Source of the DNA: a virus
Taxonomy: Duplodnaviria; Caudoviricetes
Virus record (IMG/VR): IMGVR_UViG_3300045391_004375
Span: 1 to 64,000 of that record
DNA length: 64,000 bases
Direction: 5' to 3' (one strand)
Both the position numbers and the translations under genes were made by a program. The notes beneath the pieces are model-generated. The model saw only the letters and a program-made list of their open reading frames with translations, did not search any database and had not been told where the DNA came from. Each line of letters opens with the position of its first letter. The stretch's first letter is position 1. Shown piece after piece: positions 62,633 through 64,000 of the stretch.

Positions 62633-62957
62633 ATCCGACATCGCGCAGGCCGGGGCCGACGCGCCCGACGCAGGTGCCAACCAGGGTGGGTGGGCCGACC
62701 AGCTTCTCAACCCGGAGCCGGCGCCGGAGCGCCCCCGCAACCGCCGGGAGCTGGCGATCCAGCTCGACCTGGCCATGGCCAACCGGGCCGGCCTGGAAGC
62801 CGGACTGGCGAAGCTGCAGGCCACCGTCGAGGCGGTCGAAGGCGCACTGGAAGAGGCCCGTCAGGCCGAGGCCGACGCGCAGGCCGCGCTCGACCAGGCC
62901 GAACAGGCCGAAGCCGGGCAGGGCGAAGCCGACGACGAGACGGGAGTGGCGCCGTGA
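62625..62957 (+). CDS. coiled-coil hypothetical protein
   Basis: GGAGG RBS, heptad pattern. Confidence 0.6.
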   Translation: MAESDIAQAGADAPDAGANQGGWADQLLNPEPAPERPRNRRELAIQLDLAMANRAGLEAGLAKLQATVEAVEGALEEARQAEADAQAALDQAEQAEAGQGEADDETGVAP

Positions 62958-63436
62958 GCTGGTCAGCCTCCGGCATGTTCCGCGAGTGGAACATCATGAC
63001 GTTCCAGGTGTCCGCCACTGGATACACCGGCATCGACAGCGACACCATCAAGGCCGCCCTGTTCAACAACACGACCACCCCCGACAAGGACGCGGCGGTC
63101 GCATCGACCGGCTTCAACACCGGCGTGTGGACCACCACCAACGAGGTCACCGACGCCACCAACTGGGTGTCCGGCGGCCGGGCCCTGGCCAGCAAGACCT
63201 TCACCACACCGGCGTCCGGTGTGGCGATGTTCGACGCGGCCGACCTGGCCGGCGGCGGCACGGTCACCCTGACCAACGCGTTCGGGGCGTTCGTCTACGA
63301 CGACACCATCACCGCCGGCACCGTCGCCGACCAGGGAATCTGTTTCAACTATTTCGGCGGGGCGCAGACAGTCACCGCCGGCACGTTCACGATCGTGTGG
63401 AACGCCAACGGCATTGCCCGGATCACCAGTAGCTAA
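62954..63436 (+). CDS. virion structural protein (tail/neck associated)
   Basis: DTIKAALF..NEVT..GGRALASKT..FDAAD..FTIVWNANGI. Confidence 0.6.
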   Translation: MSWSASGMFREWNIMTFQVSATGYTGIDSDTIKAALFNNTTTPDKDAAVASTGFNTGVWTTTNEVTDATNWVSGGRALASKTFTTPASGVAMFDAADLAGGGTVTLTNAFGAFVYDDTITAGTVADQGICFNYFGGAQTVTAGTFTIVWNANGIARITSS

Positions 63437-63445
63437 GGGGTCGAC

Positions 63446-63991
63446 ATGGGCGCCTCGTACTGGGTCACACCGCTACCCCCGTTCCACACCGCCAGTGGTC
63501 AGCTCGCCTCGTTCACCACCCTGGCCGACCTGTTCCCGACGGCCGCGCAGGGCTCGATCGTCATCCCGGCCGGGCAGCTCATCATCGGCTCGGAGATCGA
63601 GATCGAGGCCGCCGGCAACTTGTCCTCGACCGGCACCCCGACCTTCACCCTCGGCCTCTACTTCGGTGGGGTGGCCGGTGTGGCCCTGGCGGCCAGCTCG
63701 GCGAAGACCACCGCCTCCGGCGCGGCCTCCCACCCGTGGAAGATGCGCTACCGGGGCGTGGTGCGGGCCGTCGGCACATCCGGCTCGATCGTCGGTGCCG
63801 GAGAGCTGTGGTTCCCGACCGCCCTGGCCGCCTGGACCTGCACCCCGATCCCGGAGACGGCGGCGGCCAGGACCGTCACCATCGACACCACCACCGCCAA
63901 GTCGATTACTGTCGGTTCGGCCTGCTCGGCCTCCAGCGCCTCCAACATCATCGTTTGTGACGACCTCTCGGTGAAGCTGGTGAACGCCTGA
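63446..63991 (+). CDS. beta-sandwich virion structural protein
   Basis: Gly/Ala/Thr-rich beta-strand pattern within structural operon. Confidence 0.6.
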   Translation: MGASYWVTPLPPFHTASGQLASFTTLADLFPTAAQGSIVIPAGQLIIGSEIEIEAAGNLSSTGTPTFTLGLYFGGVAGVALAASSAKTTASGAASHPWKMRYRGVVRAVGTSGSIVGAGELWFPTALAAWTCTPIPETAAARTVTIDTTTAKSITVGSACSASSASNIIVCDDLSVKLVNA

Positions 63992-64000
63992 TGAGCGCGA

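Noticed and set aside
1-64000. Integrase, transposase, reverse transcriptase (retron/DGR), rRNA
   Set aside because: No matching motifs in any ORF or region of this window

Overview
High-GC (about 70%) actinobacteriophage or prophage segment of siphovirus type. A BldC homolog and an LPXTG protein point to a filamentous actinomycete host. Layout: holin-like 3' end, then RuvC and a free-standing endonuclease VII. A leftward operon (3.5-18.4 kb) carries a glycosylation cassette (3 GT2, DUF616-type GT, GT4, NDP-sugar epimerase, SAM methyltransferase, MazG), plus SSB, DnaQ, a Gp3-like recombination protein and a PD-(D/E)XK exonuclease. A divergent switch sits at about 18.4 kb. Rightward early genes follow, with many small membrane proteins, an amber-anticodon tRNA, prim-pol/helicase with a probable origin, an antirepressor, BldC, ParB-like, SLOG and JAB genes. 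A 2.2 kb ORF-poor locus of structured RNAs lies at 41.6-43.85 kb. The head module (terminases, portal, two HPRD-motif proteins, ADP-ribosyltransferase, MuF-like, scaffold, capsid) and early structural genes close the window. No integrase, CRISPR array or reverse transcriptase is visible. Main candidates for new biology: (1) an ornate ncRNA of about 880 nt bracketed by aberrant tRNA-like elements; (2) a G-GGA-AAA -1 frameshift joining a 1296-aa head-module protein to a VIP2-like ADP-ribosyltransferase; (3) a shared Gly-Gly-ending N-terminal leader on scaffold and capsid, with a phage JAB peptidase as possible processor; (4) a 17-bp palindromic operator regulon over -35 boxes. All product calls come from motif recognition by eye; no searches were run.
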